A stretch of 64,000 nt of DNA from Candidatus Latescibacterota bacterium (lineage in GTDB: Bacteria > Latescibacterota > UBA2968): the NCBI GenBank assembly GCA_965198115.1, contig OZ240241.1, positions 256,001-320,000 on the forward strand, read 5' to 3'. Under the pieces are notes generated by a model. That model made no database searches, was not told the DNA's origin, and saw only the letters and a list, made by a program, of their open reading frames with translations. A program made the translations under genes and the position numbers. Shown here in pieces: positions 18,787-28,135 of this stretch (its first letter is position 1; each line of letters begins with the position of its first letter).

Positions 18787-20958
18787 TCACCGATCGCTTT
18801 CAAACGCCCACCCGTCCCACACGTTATCCTCAGTCGCTGGCACATCTTCTCGGAAGTTTCGGGTATCGACCCACCACTGACGGTTTGGCGCTGGTCCGTG
18901 CGACAGGTTAAAGTATGAAGTCAAACCGTCTCGTTGATACTCACACGGAACGATGTAGCGCACGACAGGGCGATCGTGATCGGCAGAATGATTGACACCT
19001 GGTCCGTGAACCAGGCGCGGATGCCAGAAAACGACGTCTCCAGCTTTGCCGTGAAACGACACCGGCGTAACCTGATTCAGCACATCGTCACGCGCCTTGA
19101 CATATTGCTCCGCGCGGTCGTCATCGAGGGGGCCATAGACCGTCCTGTGATACACGTGACTCATGTGATGAGAGCCCGGCCAGATCGTAAAGCCCCCACA
19201 GTGCGGCGGCACCGTGTCGACGAAGACCATCGCGGAGAGCTGAGCTCCCGTGTGGTCTCCGTGGGGCGATAAACGACCCTCTCTTTCCGGTGACTTCGGG
19301 AAGATGCAGTAAACCCCACGCACCCGATTCGCACGCTTCACAGGCTCGCCGATAAACAATGAAACCAACTGCCGCATGCGTGGATGGTTGGCGATCTTGT
19401 CCACAAAAAAAGGCTCCGTACCAATCTTACGCGAACGCATCTTCCACGAACCACGCCCGAAGTGTCCGAGCTTTTCTGCATCCGCCGCTGTCCACTCCCC
19501 GAGTGGCGCATCGATCCAGGTTTCGGGATCGTCGCGTTTAACGATCTCGCGCGGCACGTTTTCCCATACATAATCGACGATGCGCGCAAAGGTCTCCTTT
19601 TCGTCCAGAAACCCACGTTTCACGAGAAAGCCCTTCTCTTTGAAGAACGCGACTTCGGCTTCACTGAGGGTTGGATCTCCGTTTGTAAATTCTGGATCGA
19701 CCAATACATCGGGATCACGGAGAACGACGTCTTCGCCGATTCCCAGGCCGTGCAAACCGCTTCCTTCAAATGGCGGCATCAGAAGATTGTAGATTTGTTT
19801 CGTTTTCTCCTCCTGATCCATGCCTGCCAATTTCGCTTTCACAGGCTCGAAATCCATGTTCAGATGTTGGTAAGCGGCAAGCCTCATGCATTCGAATGCG
19901 CGGTCCCAGGAAAAGGGTTGAATCTGTGGAAGCGTCCACGCTTGCTCGCCCGTCCAGTAGGGAAAAAGCCAATCGAGGGCGCGTCTGGTTGATCGCCCAT
20001 CGGCAGATTCATAATTGATTAGATCGATACCCCACTGCCGACCGATTTCAGCGAGCTCCAGCATGAGACCCAGATTCATGCTGGCGTATCCCAGCGCCTT
20101 GGTGCGTGCGAGTTCCAGAGGTTGTCGACCATCCGGCTCAATCTGATCGGCAATCCGTCTTTCTCCCACCCCTTCCAGAATCATTCGCGCAAGATCTGAC
20201 TGCCCGACAAAAAACGCATACGTCACGACCTGAACATCATAGGCCGTCGAGTGGTTATTGCCGTGACGCGCTTCATCGACCCCATAAGGATGCTTTAACA
20301 TCCATCCGAGAAACGCGTGGAACCAGGCTTGCAAACCTGCCATATCCTCGTCAGACCAGTTCTCAGCGTCGCGTATAAAACTGACTGCAGGAAGCATCTC
20401 ACGTGCAAACGCAGCCGTTTCAATTAGCCCAATCCCCCGTCCTTCGCATATCCCGGGAATGGCCTGCCCAAACACAAGGTTTGGGTTCATCCTGGTTTCA
20501 GGATTCATAAACCACGTGCGCAACAACAATGCAGCGTGCGTCGCATAGTCTTCTCGCTGAGTAAACCCATAGGCAAGCCCCAGCGTTTTCACCGTTGAAA
20601 TGAGTTTTGCCAATAGAGGGCGATCCGTTTTCTCGACCTCGGGATTGCACTCGCCATCTCGACGAATGTAGGGCAAGCCATCGGGCTTGTCGGGATCCGG
20701 CCACCAGTAGGGCCCTACACTCGCGTAGTCGTGTTTATCACCACTGGACGGCAAAATTGATTTGTTCACAATGGTCAGCGGTTCCTGTTTCAAAGCGGCA
20801 TCCGCCTCCACAAGCAAGGCTTTGAGGGCCTGCGCACACGGGCTCTCTTCCTGTTTGGCCAACGAGCGCGCCCGCTTGATATAATCGGAGTCCACCGTGA
20901 ATATGGGTTCAGCGGGTGAAAACGCTTTGAGCAGATCAGCTTCTTTGTCTGGATACAC
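18787..20958 (-). CDS. Alginate-lyase-family domain fused to a C-terminal PhyH dioxygenase domain
   Basis: SGDKHDYASVGPYWWP, RRDGECNP, MNPNL.FGQ, NNHSTAY, DGRQPLELARTK..GY (lyase); FFKEKGFLV, PHGD, TIWPGSH, AGDVVFWHPRLVH (PhyH); GTG 20958 with AGGAG. Confidence 0.85.
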   Translation of the reverse strand: MYPDKEADLLKAFSPAEPIFTVDSDYIKRARSLAKQEESPCAQALKALLVEADAALKQEPLTIVNKSILPSSGDKHDYASVGPYWWPDPDKPDGLPYIRRDGECNPEVEKTDRPLLAKLISTVKTLGLAYGFTQREDYATHAALLLRTWFMNPETRMNPNLVFGQAIPGICEGRGIGLIETAAFAREMLPAVSFIRDAENWSDEDMAGLQAWFHAFLGWMLKHPYGVDEARHGNNHSTAYDVQVVTYAFFVGQSDLARMILEGVGERRIADQIEPDGRQPLELARTKALGYASMNLGLMLELAEIGRQWGIDLINYESADGRSTRRALDWLFPYWTGEQAWTLPQIQPFSWDRAFECMRLAAYQHLNMDFEPVKAKLAGMDQEEKTKQIYNLLMPPFEGSGLHGLGIGEDVVLRDPDVLVDPEFTNGDPTLSEAEVAFFKEKGFLVKRGFLDEKETFARIVDYVWENVPREIVKRDDPETWIDAPLGEWTAADAEKLGHFGRGSWKMRSRKIGTEPFFVDKIANHPRMRQLVSLFIGEPVKRANRVRGVYCIFPKSPEREGRLSPHGDHTGAQLSAMVFVDTVPPHCGGFTIWPGSHHMSHVYHRTVYGPLDDDRAEQYVKARDDVLNQVTPVSFHGKAGDVVFWHPRLVHGPGVNHSADHDRPVVRYIVPCEYQRDGLTSYFNLSHGPAPNRQWWVDTRNFREDVPATEDNVWDGWAFESDR

Positions 20959-21017
20959 GTGAATACTCCTGTCTGAGGGTGCCCGGGGATCGGCCGCCCT
21001 TCTGACACTGGCATGGC

Positions 21018-21063
21018 ACTTAACGAGCAAGTGTTCCGTGGCACCGCGGACACGCAGTTAGGC
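21018..21063 (-). other. Short attC-like site
   Basis: Minus strand GCCTAAC-TGC-GTGTCCGCGG..CCACGGAACAC-TTGCTC-GTTAAGT, i.e. RYYYAAC..GTTRRRY around a hairpin with an extra base. Confidence 0.5.
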
Positions 21064-21075
21064 GAGGCCGAACAC

Positions 21076-21306
21076 TCAACCTCGAAGCACGCGGTCAATC
21101 ACCTTCGGTAGCCCAGAAATTGACCGAATCGCCGCGTCTGCGGATGATGCACCGGGACTTTCAAGTAGTCGTATCGTCTTCAAGCTTAGATTCTTCGCTC
21201 TCACCAAGTGGCTTTCTCCGTCGTGGCAGGCCGAATACAACTCGTCATTTGAACCCCACCAGCATCTCATCTGCCCATCGGGGCTTTTCTGCAAGCCGTC
21301 TCTCAT
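21076..21306 (-). pseudogene. N-terminal fragment of DNA-3-methyladenine glycosylase I (Tag) joined to unrelated sequence
   Basis: PDGQMRCWWGSNDELYSACHDGE matches the Tag RC.W...D.LY..YHD.EWG start; similarity is lost afterwards. Confidence 0.55.
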
Positions 21307-21356
21307 GTTTAGCAGTCCTATACCTTCGGGACAATGGACTCAACTCGTCAACAGCA

Positions 21357-23401
21357 CTATGCGATCCGCCGGCGGAGGACAACGTAGAATGCACACGCGT
21401 AAAGCGCCAGGGCAACCAGGGACATTGCTCTGTTGCCAGTGATCATCGAGAGATACTCCGAGAATCCACCAAGGATCGCACCCAAAAGATTGGAAGCCAG
21501 AGCCTGGCTAGCCACAGTAGTCCCTCGGAGCAGAGCCGAGAAGATCGTGCCGGCAAAAAGAACCGGAATGGTCAGAATCTCGGCCGCGATCGTTATAGCC
21601 AGGGTATTGGGAAGATTGAGCAGCGCGTGGAATGGAAATGCGGCGTTGATCAGAAGAGAAACGAACAGGGCTATGAACACAGGATTCAGGTTTACCAGAC
21701 GACGTCGTGACACGTACCAATTGGCCAACAAGACAAAGATCAGGACTCCCGAGAACACTGCACTGTTGACCGTCCAGGTCGTTCCTGCCACTAAAGCCAT
21801 CCGTACGACGGCGCTCGTTTCGACCTGTAGAAATGCCGCACCCAGAAAGAAAAACTCCCAGTGCATTCGAATGGGCTGGCGACAAACGACGCGAAAAGCG
21901 CCCAATGACACGACTGTTAGCGAAACCAGCATGAACAGGTAGGAGATTGGGAAGCGTCGTGTACGATAAAACACGTACGGCCAGTCGTCGGTTGGGATGG
22001 AGATGACCTCTCTCGTTCTCGTGGCTTGGTTAATCACTTCCACACCGGGCAGTTCCTCGCTGAATGCGTGGACTTCCGCACGGGTCAGATTGGGTCCGCC
22101 CACGAGAGCGTAGTGGTGTGACCCACGACCGTGCAGTACGCCGAACTCATCACCAAAGGTTTCTCCCATCATTGCGATGAACTTGTCCAGGATCCACGGT
22201 TGCGGTACCCAGATGTTCAGCCAGAGTACACCGTCGGGCGAGAGATGTGCTCTCGCACTTTCGAGCGCCTCGATGGTATAGACGTAGTTGTCCAGCCTTA
22301 AGTTGGCAAACTGCGAGAAAAGCGACCGGGCTTCAAGGACGCCGAAAATGATCAGATCGTATTTACCTTCACTCGTGCTCAGAAAATGGCGAGCGTCGTC
22401 GACGATCAGACGGACACGGTCGTCCTGGTACGGCTTGTTAGGATGGAATCGGTTGGAGAGGCCAGGAATCTGAGGGTCGATGTCAACAGCGTGGACTGAA
22501 TCGACCCCGAACCTCAAAGCCGTCGCCGTATCGTTGCCCAGACCGGATCCCAGAACCAGCACTTTGCTTGGCTTGACCTTCGTAAATGGGGCCAGGAACC
22601 GAAGAGTGCGACCCGCGTGTGCCTCCTCCGTCAGTTCTTCAGGCCTTTCGAGGAGCCTCACATCGAAGGAACGCTGAAACCAGGTGTTATTCACGTTGAG
22701 ACCGTAGCCGGTCTGTTCGCCTGTACCATAGCCCAGCGGGTATACGAGGACCTTGTAGTATGGGGTCCACGTCTCATCCGACTGGGCCACAACAAACCTG
22801 ATGGGTACGGCCAGCAAGCAGACACATCCCAGCAACACAGTTTGTCTGGTCCCAAGCAGTGGCAGTTCGGCGAAAAGCAAAATTGCAAACATCAATGCGT
22901 ATAGGCCGAACCACACAGGAGGTGGAGATGAGACGCTGCATACCGCAGAAAAGATGACCGTTCCAACGAGACTCCCCAGGATATTCCACCCATATGCTTC
23001 AAGGGGTCTTATTGCCAGCCCAACAGACGGCCGAGAAAAACCATTGGAATCAGGACAGAGCCGAAGCTGACGAAAGCAGACACAAGACCGAAGGCAAAGT
23101 GAGACCCTGGTACGAGCACGGCTTCGTCTATTCCTCCCGGATATGCGAGCGCATTGAGACCTGTGATCGAACTGCCGACCACGAAAAGGTGTGGCAGAAG
23201 TGATGTCAACGAGAAGAGTGTGAAACTCCTCCGGATCTCAAGTTTGAGATTGAGGCCAAGACCCAGTCCGAAAAACGCCGCGATCAGAACGAGGTTCTTG
23301 AAGAATCCCACCGCGGGTATCTCTGAAGCAAGGTATCGAATCAGAACCAGCTCATAAAACAGCAGGAGCGCAGATACAGTAAACAACCTTGTCGCTATCA
23401 T
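21357..23401 (-). pseudogene. Membrane-bound spermidine-synthase-like/SAM methyltransferase, frameshifted near 23010
   Basis: LLFYELVLIRY..FFKNLVLIAAFFGLGLG; RPLEAYGWNILGSL in the next frame; VLVLGSGLGND, AVDIDP, DDARHFL, PTDDWPY, GAAFLQVET. Confidence 0.8.
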
Positions 23402-23566
23402 CTCGTTCCTCGATAGATGTGTGGCTTCTCGTTAGGAGTTACCAATATCGCGAAATCTCACGGATCGTGCGTCTACTGGAGCGTCGCGACCTTCTCGAAC
23501 AGGAATGCGCCGATTCATTGGTGAAATGCGAGATACTGCCGCACCCAACCATCCTGAGCCCGACCG

Positions 23567-24619
23567 TCACGAGACACCCGCCTGGTCGAGTCTCCCCTGA
23601 TAGCAGGCATCATCCCACAGGGTCGCTTGGAAGCGTGGCTCAGTACCCGTCATCACCGCAACAGCATCCTTGCACGCATCGGTGAAACAACGTCGATGGC
23701 AGAAATCCGTGCCACCAGCGATGTGAGGGGTTGCCACCAAGTTGGGATGCTGACGAAACCAGGCATCCGGGGGCGGAGGTTCCGGTGCGAACACATCAAT
23801 CGCCGCAGCAATCTCTCCTGCCTCAATGCGTTCCCACAGCGCCTCCCGCTCAACCACTGCCATGCGCGTGACGAGCACGAACAGAGCACCTCGGGGCAAG
23901 GCATTGATGACTTCTCTACTGATAATCTCCTGGGTGGTTGGCGTCGGAGGAAGGCCGACGACGAAGACTTCGCTGAACGCAGCCAGTTCCACAAGTGACT
24001 GGGACCGATCAACACCGTGCGTAGCAAGTGTGGCATCTGTAACGTAGGGGTCGTAGCTTCTCGTGGTGCACCTGAATGGAGCAACCAGTTCGGCGTAACG
24101 CCGGTTGATGCTTCCGAATCCGGCGAGTCCAACACGCCTGCCTGTCAGGTCACCGTGGACAAAGCCTGGCTTGTTCCACGCGTTCGTCTTCCATTCGCCC
24201 TGGCGTACGAGGTAGAGCGATTCAGGAATGTCGCGGATGAGATTGAGTGTCATGGCGAGCGCAAACTCGGCAACCGATGGTGTCATGCTGCGCGACGTAT
24301 CGATCAGCGGGATGTCGCGGTCTGCCAGCTCTTGCAAGTCGACCCAACCACTGAAGCGATTGTCAAACGTTCCCGCCAGGACCTTCATCCGTTCGGCAGA
24401 TTGCCAGTCTCGGGGGGTGGTTTCAGGACGGTGCCAGGGGCCGATTACAACGGCATCCGCAACGGGAAGACGCTTGAGGAATCGCGTGAATGCTTCCTTG
24501 TCCCGTCGATCGGTCCCGCGGACGATTTCGACTTCGCCGTGCGTCTCGAGGAGCGCACGGCCTTCATCGGTGTAGTTCCGCTGTCGATGGGAATCCGTCT
24601 CGAGCACAAGAAAGTGCAT
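23567..24619 (-). CDS. D-isomer-specific 2-hydroxyacid dehydrogenase family protein
   Basis: SVAEFAL, VGLAGFGSIN, YDPY, AAIDVFAPEP, TPHIAG. Confidence 0.9.
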   Translation of the reverse strand: MHFLVLETDSHRQRNYTDEGRALLETHGEVEIVRGTDRRDKEAFTRFLKRLPVADAVVIGPWHRPETTPRDWQSAERMKVLAGTFDNRFSGWVDLQELADRDIPLIDTSRSMTPSVAEFALAMTLNLIRDIPESLYLVRQGEWKTNAWNKPGFVHGDLTGRRVGLAGFGSINRRYAELVAPFRCTTRSYDPYVTDATLATHGVDRSQSLVELAAFSEVFVVGLPPTPTTQEIISREVINALPRGALFVLVTRMAVVEREALWERIEAGEIAAAIDVFAPEPPPPDAWFRQHPNLVATPHIAGGTDFCHRRCFTDACKDAVAVMTGTEPRFQATLWDDACYQGRLDQAGVS

Positions 24620-24690
24620 TGAGATTTCCTCCAACACGGTGCCTGGAGTATACCAGGGCGATTGATCCTGGATGGTCGATTATCGTTTAA

Positions 24691-25019
24691 GGTTCTTCAC
24701 GGAGAAGAGTGGATGCTACGTGCTTCCTTCTTCGCGATCTCATTTGCGTGTTCTCTTTTGTGACCAAAAGAGAACCAGAAAAGTCCCGCTCAGGCGCCGC
24801 GGGGGCTTGTGGCCCACGCCGGCAGTACGATCCTGCTCGGTGACGACACCTGTGACAACCCCCCAGTGCCTCCCCACCCAACCCTATCCCCCCTGGAGGT
24901 GAAACAGCCGCGTTGCTCGCTGCCGCCTTTACCTGGGCCGCTAAGGTGTGGGCGATGGGCTGCTCCATGGTCCTTACAACGACTGGTTTCTGATCGACCA
25001 CTTAAATCCGTGAAGAACC
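24691..25019. mobile_element. 329-bp MITE with ISL3-like ends
   Basis: IRs GGTTCTTCACGGA..AGTGG / CCACT..TCCGTGAAGAACC; 8-bp TSD TCGTTTAA at 24683-24690 and 25020-25027; no transposase. Confidence 0.88.
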
Positions 25020-25160
25020 TCGTTTAAGAACTACTGCTTTGCCAAACAGACGCAGCCCTTAGCATCAGCTAGAGACACTGCAGCTGTAAGATGAAGATCA
25101 TCGCCGTATTGAGTCAACTTACCTGCGACACCGCGCCGCCCAGGCGGCCGAGGAGACCGC

Positions 25161-27305
25161 ATGAGAGTCGTTCCTAAAGAGACGCCGCCGGCGATGATCT
25201 TCCTCGAGGGTTCGGTTTTGGACGCCCGCAGTGGCGAACCGCAGGCCGGGGTCTGCGTGTCGAATGGTGAGCTCATTGTCGCCACTGATCGAGCCGGCTC
25301 GTTCGCAATCGAGGCGCAGCCCGGCATACACCGGTTTCTCACCGTCACGACGCCGAGTGGGTACTCGTGCGCCGAGGGGTGGTTCCGGCGCATCACGGCT
25401 GACTCCCGGCGCTTCGATTTTGCGCTCGACCCTACCACGGAAAACGTCCCGCTGATCGCTGCCCACATCACCGACTTGCACGCTCGGGCCCCCGACGATA
25501 GAGAGAAAGGGTTCAACACGACATCGGTGCTGGCCGCCGACCTGGCTCGTATCGAACAGGAGCTGTCTCCCAGTTTCTTCCTCGCCACGGGTGATCTCAC
25601 CGAATGGGGCCTCATCTCCGAGTTCGAGGCCCTGCGCGTGGTCCTCGACGGACTGAACACGCCGCTGTATCCCGCATTCGGCATGCACGACGCCGACGTT
25701 CTGGCGCACGGCAGCTCGCAGCCGCGGATCCCGCCGGACGGCCCGATTCACGACTGGTTCGACGATTCGAACCTGGGCGTGACGTTGTCGGGCAACTACG
25801 AGCAGATGATCGGGCCGACCCACTACAGCTTCGATCGCGGCGACTGGCATTTCATCGTCTTCCCGAACGAGACGTACGCCTTCTCCGAATACGATCGGAT
25901 ACGCCTGGCGCGCTGGCTCGATCACGATCTGTCGCTGCAACCGGATGGCAAGCCGATCGCCGTGAGCACGCACATGGCTCCGGAGCTCGATTTCCTGCGG
26001 CGGCTGGAGCAGTACAACGTGCGGCTGATTCTCCACGGTCATTCACACACCGTGAGGGCGTGCCGGTGGAAAGACATCCTGATCGCCGTGACGACACCGC
26101 CCTGGGCGGGCGGGGGCGACACCAATCCGCGAGGGTACCGCTCGCTCACATTCGACGGACCGCAGTGCGAGGTGAGGTTCCGACCCCTAACTCCCGAGCC
26201 GCGACCACGCGCTCCGCAATCCCAGCCCTCTGACGAGTCGCGCGCTCGCTGGGAGACGGACCTGCCCGCTCACGTGCACCGAGCGGCACCGGTGTCGTTC
26301 GAAGACAGCTTAATCCTCAGTCTGCAGGACGAGGACGACGGCGCTGAGAGTGGGGTGTGTCGCGTCGACGCCGACGGCGGCATCGTCTGGCACCGCCGAA
26401 CCGAGTCGGCCGTGCGCAACAGTGTGGCCGTTGCGGACGGTGGTCTGTTCGCGGCGTCACAAAACGGTCAACTGCTGCGGCTGGATTCCGGTTCCGGGGA
26501 GGTGGTCTGGAGCAGCAACCTGTGGGGGTTTCCGCTACGGTGGGTGGCGACGTCGCCGCTGGTTTCCGATGGCGCGGTGTTCGTCGGGGCCAAGGCAGGT
26601 TACGGCGCCTTTGACGCGGCGACGGGCGATCTGCGGTGGGAATGCCGATTGAGCAGCACGCGGGACCTGATGGCCGATCCAGTCGGAGACAAGTTCGGCG
26701 CCTACCAGTCGCTGTTGGCGTTCGATGATCTGGTCGTGGCGCTGGTTCCCCGACGGTCGGTGATGGCGCTCGACAGGAACACGGGCCGCATTGCGTGGGA
26801 GGAACCGATTCCCGGCAGCCAGGACACCTGGGCGGCTCCCATTCTGCACGACGAGCACATCATCTCGGGTTCTACGCCCGACCATCTCGTGGCTTTGAGG
26901 CCGGGATCGGGTGAGGTCGTCTGGAAAGCCGCCGTCCCTTTCGACCACGCGACTGCGTTGACGGGACACGGCGAGTGGGTATTCGGCTGCGCCGACGACG
27001 GCTCCGCCTTCTGTATCGACGCCGATGGTGGAGAGGTGCTATGGCGATACCAGACCGGCGAGGGCCTCCTGGACATGTCACCTCAGATGCGCAACACCAG
27101 CGCTGCGTTCGCCGCTCCCGTCGTCTACGATGGTCGCCTTTTGGTCAGCGGGGTCGACGGCTTTCTCCACCTCCTCGACGTGGAAACGGGCCGCTGCCTG
27201 AGCCAGGTGGCGATGGGTGCGCCGGTGACGGCGGCGCCGACTCCGTTGGGCGACGGACTTGCGGTCGCCACCTGGGACGGAACCCTGCGTCTGCTCGAGC
27301 TATGA
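25161..27305 (+). CDS. Calcineurin-like metallophosphoesterase fused to a PQQ-type (BamB-like) beta-propeller
   Basis: GVCVSNG N-domain, HITDLH, ATGDLTE, FGMHD, HGHSH; repeated A.D..TG..W propeller units. Confidence 0.85.
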   Translation: MRVVPKETPPAMIFLEGSVLDARSGEPQAGVCVSNGELIVATDRAGSFAIEAQPGIHRFLTVTTPSGYSCAEGWFRRITADSRRFDFALDPTTENVPLIAAHITDLHARAPDDREKGFNTTSVLAADLARIEQELSPSFFLATGDLTEWGLISEFEALRVVLDGLNTPLYPAFGMHDADVLAHGSSQPRIPPDGPIHDWFDDSNLGVTLSGNYEQMIGPTHYSFDRGDWHFIVFPNETYAFSEYDRIRLARWLDHDLSLQPDGKPIAVSTHMAPELDFLRRLEQYNVRLILHGHSHTVRACRWKDILIAVTTPPWAGGGDTNPRGYRSLTFDGPQCEVRFRPLTPEPRPRAPQSQPSDESRARWETDLPAHVHRAAPVSFEDSLILSLQDEDDGAESGVCRVDADGGIVWHRRTESAVRNSVAVADGGLFAASQNGQLLRLDSGSGEVVWSSNLWGFPLRWVATSPLVSDGAVFVGAKAGYGAFDAATGDLRWECRLSSTRDLMADPVGDKFGAYQSLLAFDDLVVALVPRRSVMALDRNTGRIAWEEPIPGSQDTWAAPILHDEHIISGSTPDHLVALRPGSGEVVWKAAVPFDHATALTGHGEWVFGCADDGSAFCIDADGGEVLWRYQTGEGLLDMSPQMRNTSAAFAAPVVYDGRLLVSGVDGFLHLLDVETGRCLSQVAMGAPVTAAPTPLGDGLAVATWDGTLRLLEL

Positions 27306-27409
27306 GGTGGTCCCGGTTCGTCGCCGCGACGATTCCGACGTCCGTCCTGACGGTCTTCGCCACTGGCGTACTCGAGTACGCTGACGGTCGAACCTCAATA
27401 TTCTCAAAA

Positions 27410-27742
27410 TCATTCCTGGACAGTTTGTCCGGGCGCGCGATAGTAGATTGTACTCTTGGTGGCCTCGTCGACCTCTTCGGGCGTGAGCAACACTGTCGTG
27501 GTGATCCTTACGGCCCCGGAAGCGTTGGCCGCCAACGTAACCGACGTGGCTGTCACGTTATCCGGTAAGTCGGCGATAACCAGCGTGTCGTCACTGCCGA
27601 ATGTGTAATAGAAAGATTCCAGCGTCCCGCCTAAACTGTGTATGAGCTGACGGACGGCCTCTCTACGGGACGCACCTCCTTCCTTGATTAGTCCCTGCAA
27701 ACCATCCGAGCTATAGCTGCCTGTTATAAGGTACTTGGGCAT
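27410..27742 (-). CDS. GYD-domain protein
   Basis: MPKYLITGSYS..G..GL..EG..SRREAV..LGG.LESFYY.FG.DD, TTVLLTPEEVD. Confidence 0.88.
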   Translation of the reverse strand: MPKYLITGSYSSDGLQGLIKEGGASRREAVRQLIHSLGGTLESFYYTFGSDDTLVIADLPDNVTATSVTLAANASGAVRITTTVLLTPEEVDEATKSTIYYRAPGQTVQE

Positions 27743-28135
27743 AGCAGCCTCCTGAAAAAAGGGCCGCGCACATCACCTGGTAGCGGCCGGTTTGTGATTC
27801 TGACGTATACATAAAGTACATCAGTCGGCTCTCCGGTGTCGACCTGGAAAAAACCTTCAGGAGACAGGCCGCGCAAGGACAGTTGGGGTGGTGTGTTGGC
27901 GCCCGATGGGGGCACGGCGATCGCGTTAGATGAAATTGGAAAGGCGAAATTAGATTCTTGCAGTGTATATCCAGAAGATCGAGATTTATGCTGCCATTTT
28001 CTGCCACATTGTAACCAATACGCTCCGCCAGCAAGTAGCCCTCGGTGCTGACCAGATGATTGATCGCTACACTGGCAGGATACTCGAGGATCACCCACCA
28101 GTTGTCCCTCGGCTTGAAGAGGAAAGAGAGACCGC

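Noticed and set aside
27760-28130. AT-richer spacer with short ORFs (27711-28094, 27724-28212)
   Set aside because: No recognisable domain, repeat or RNA structure. It may be another gene fragment, but I cannot support that.
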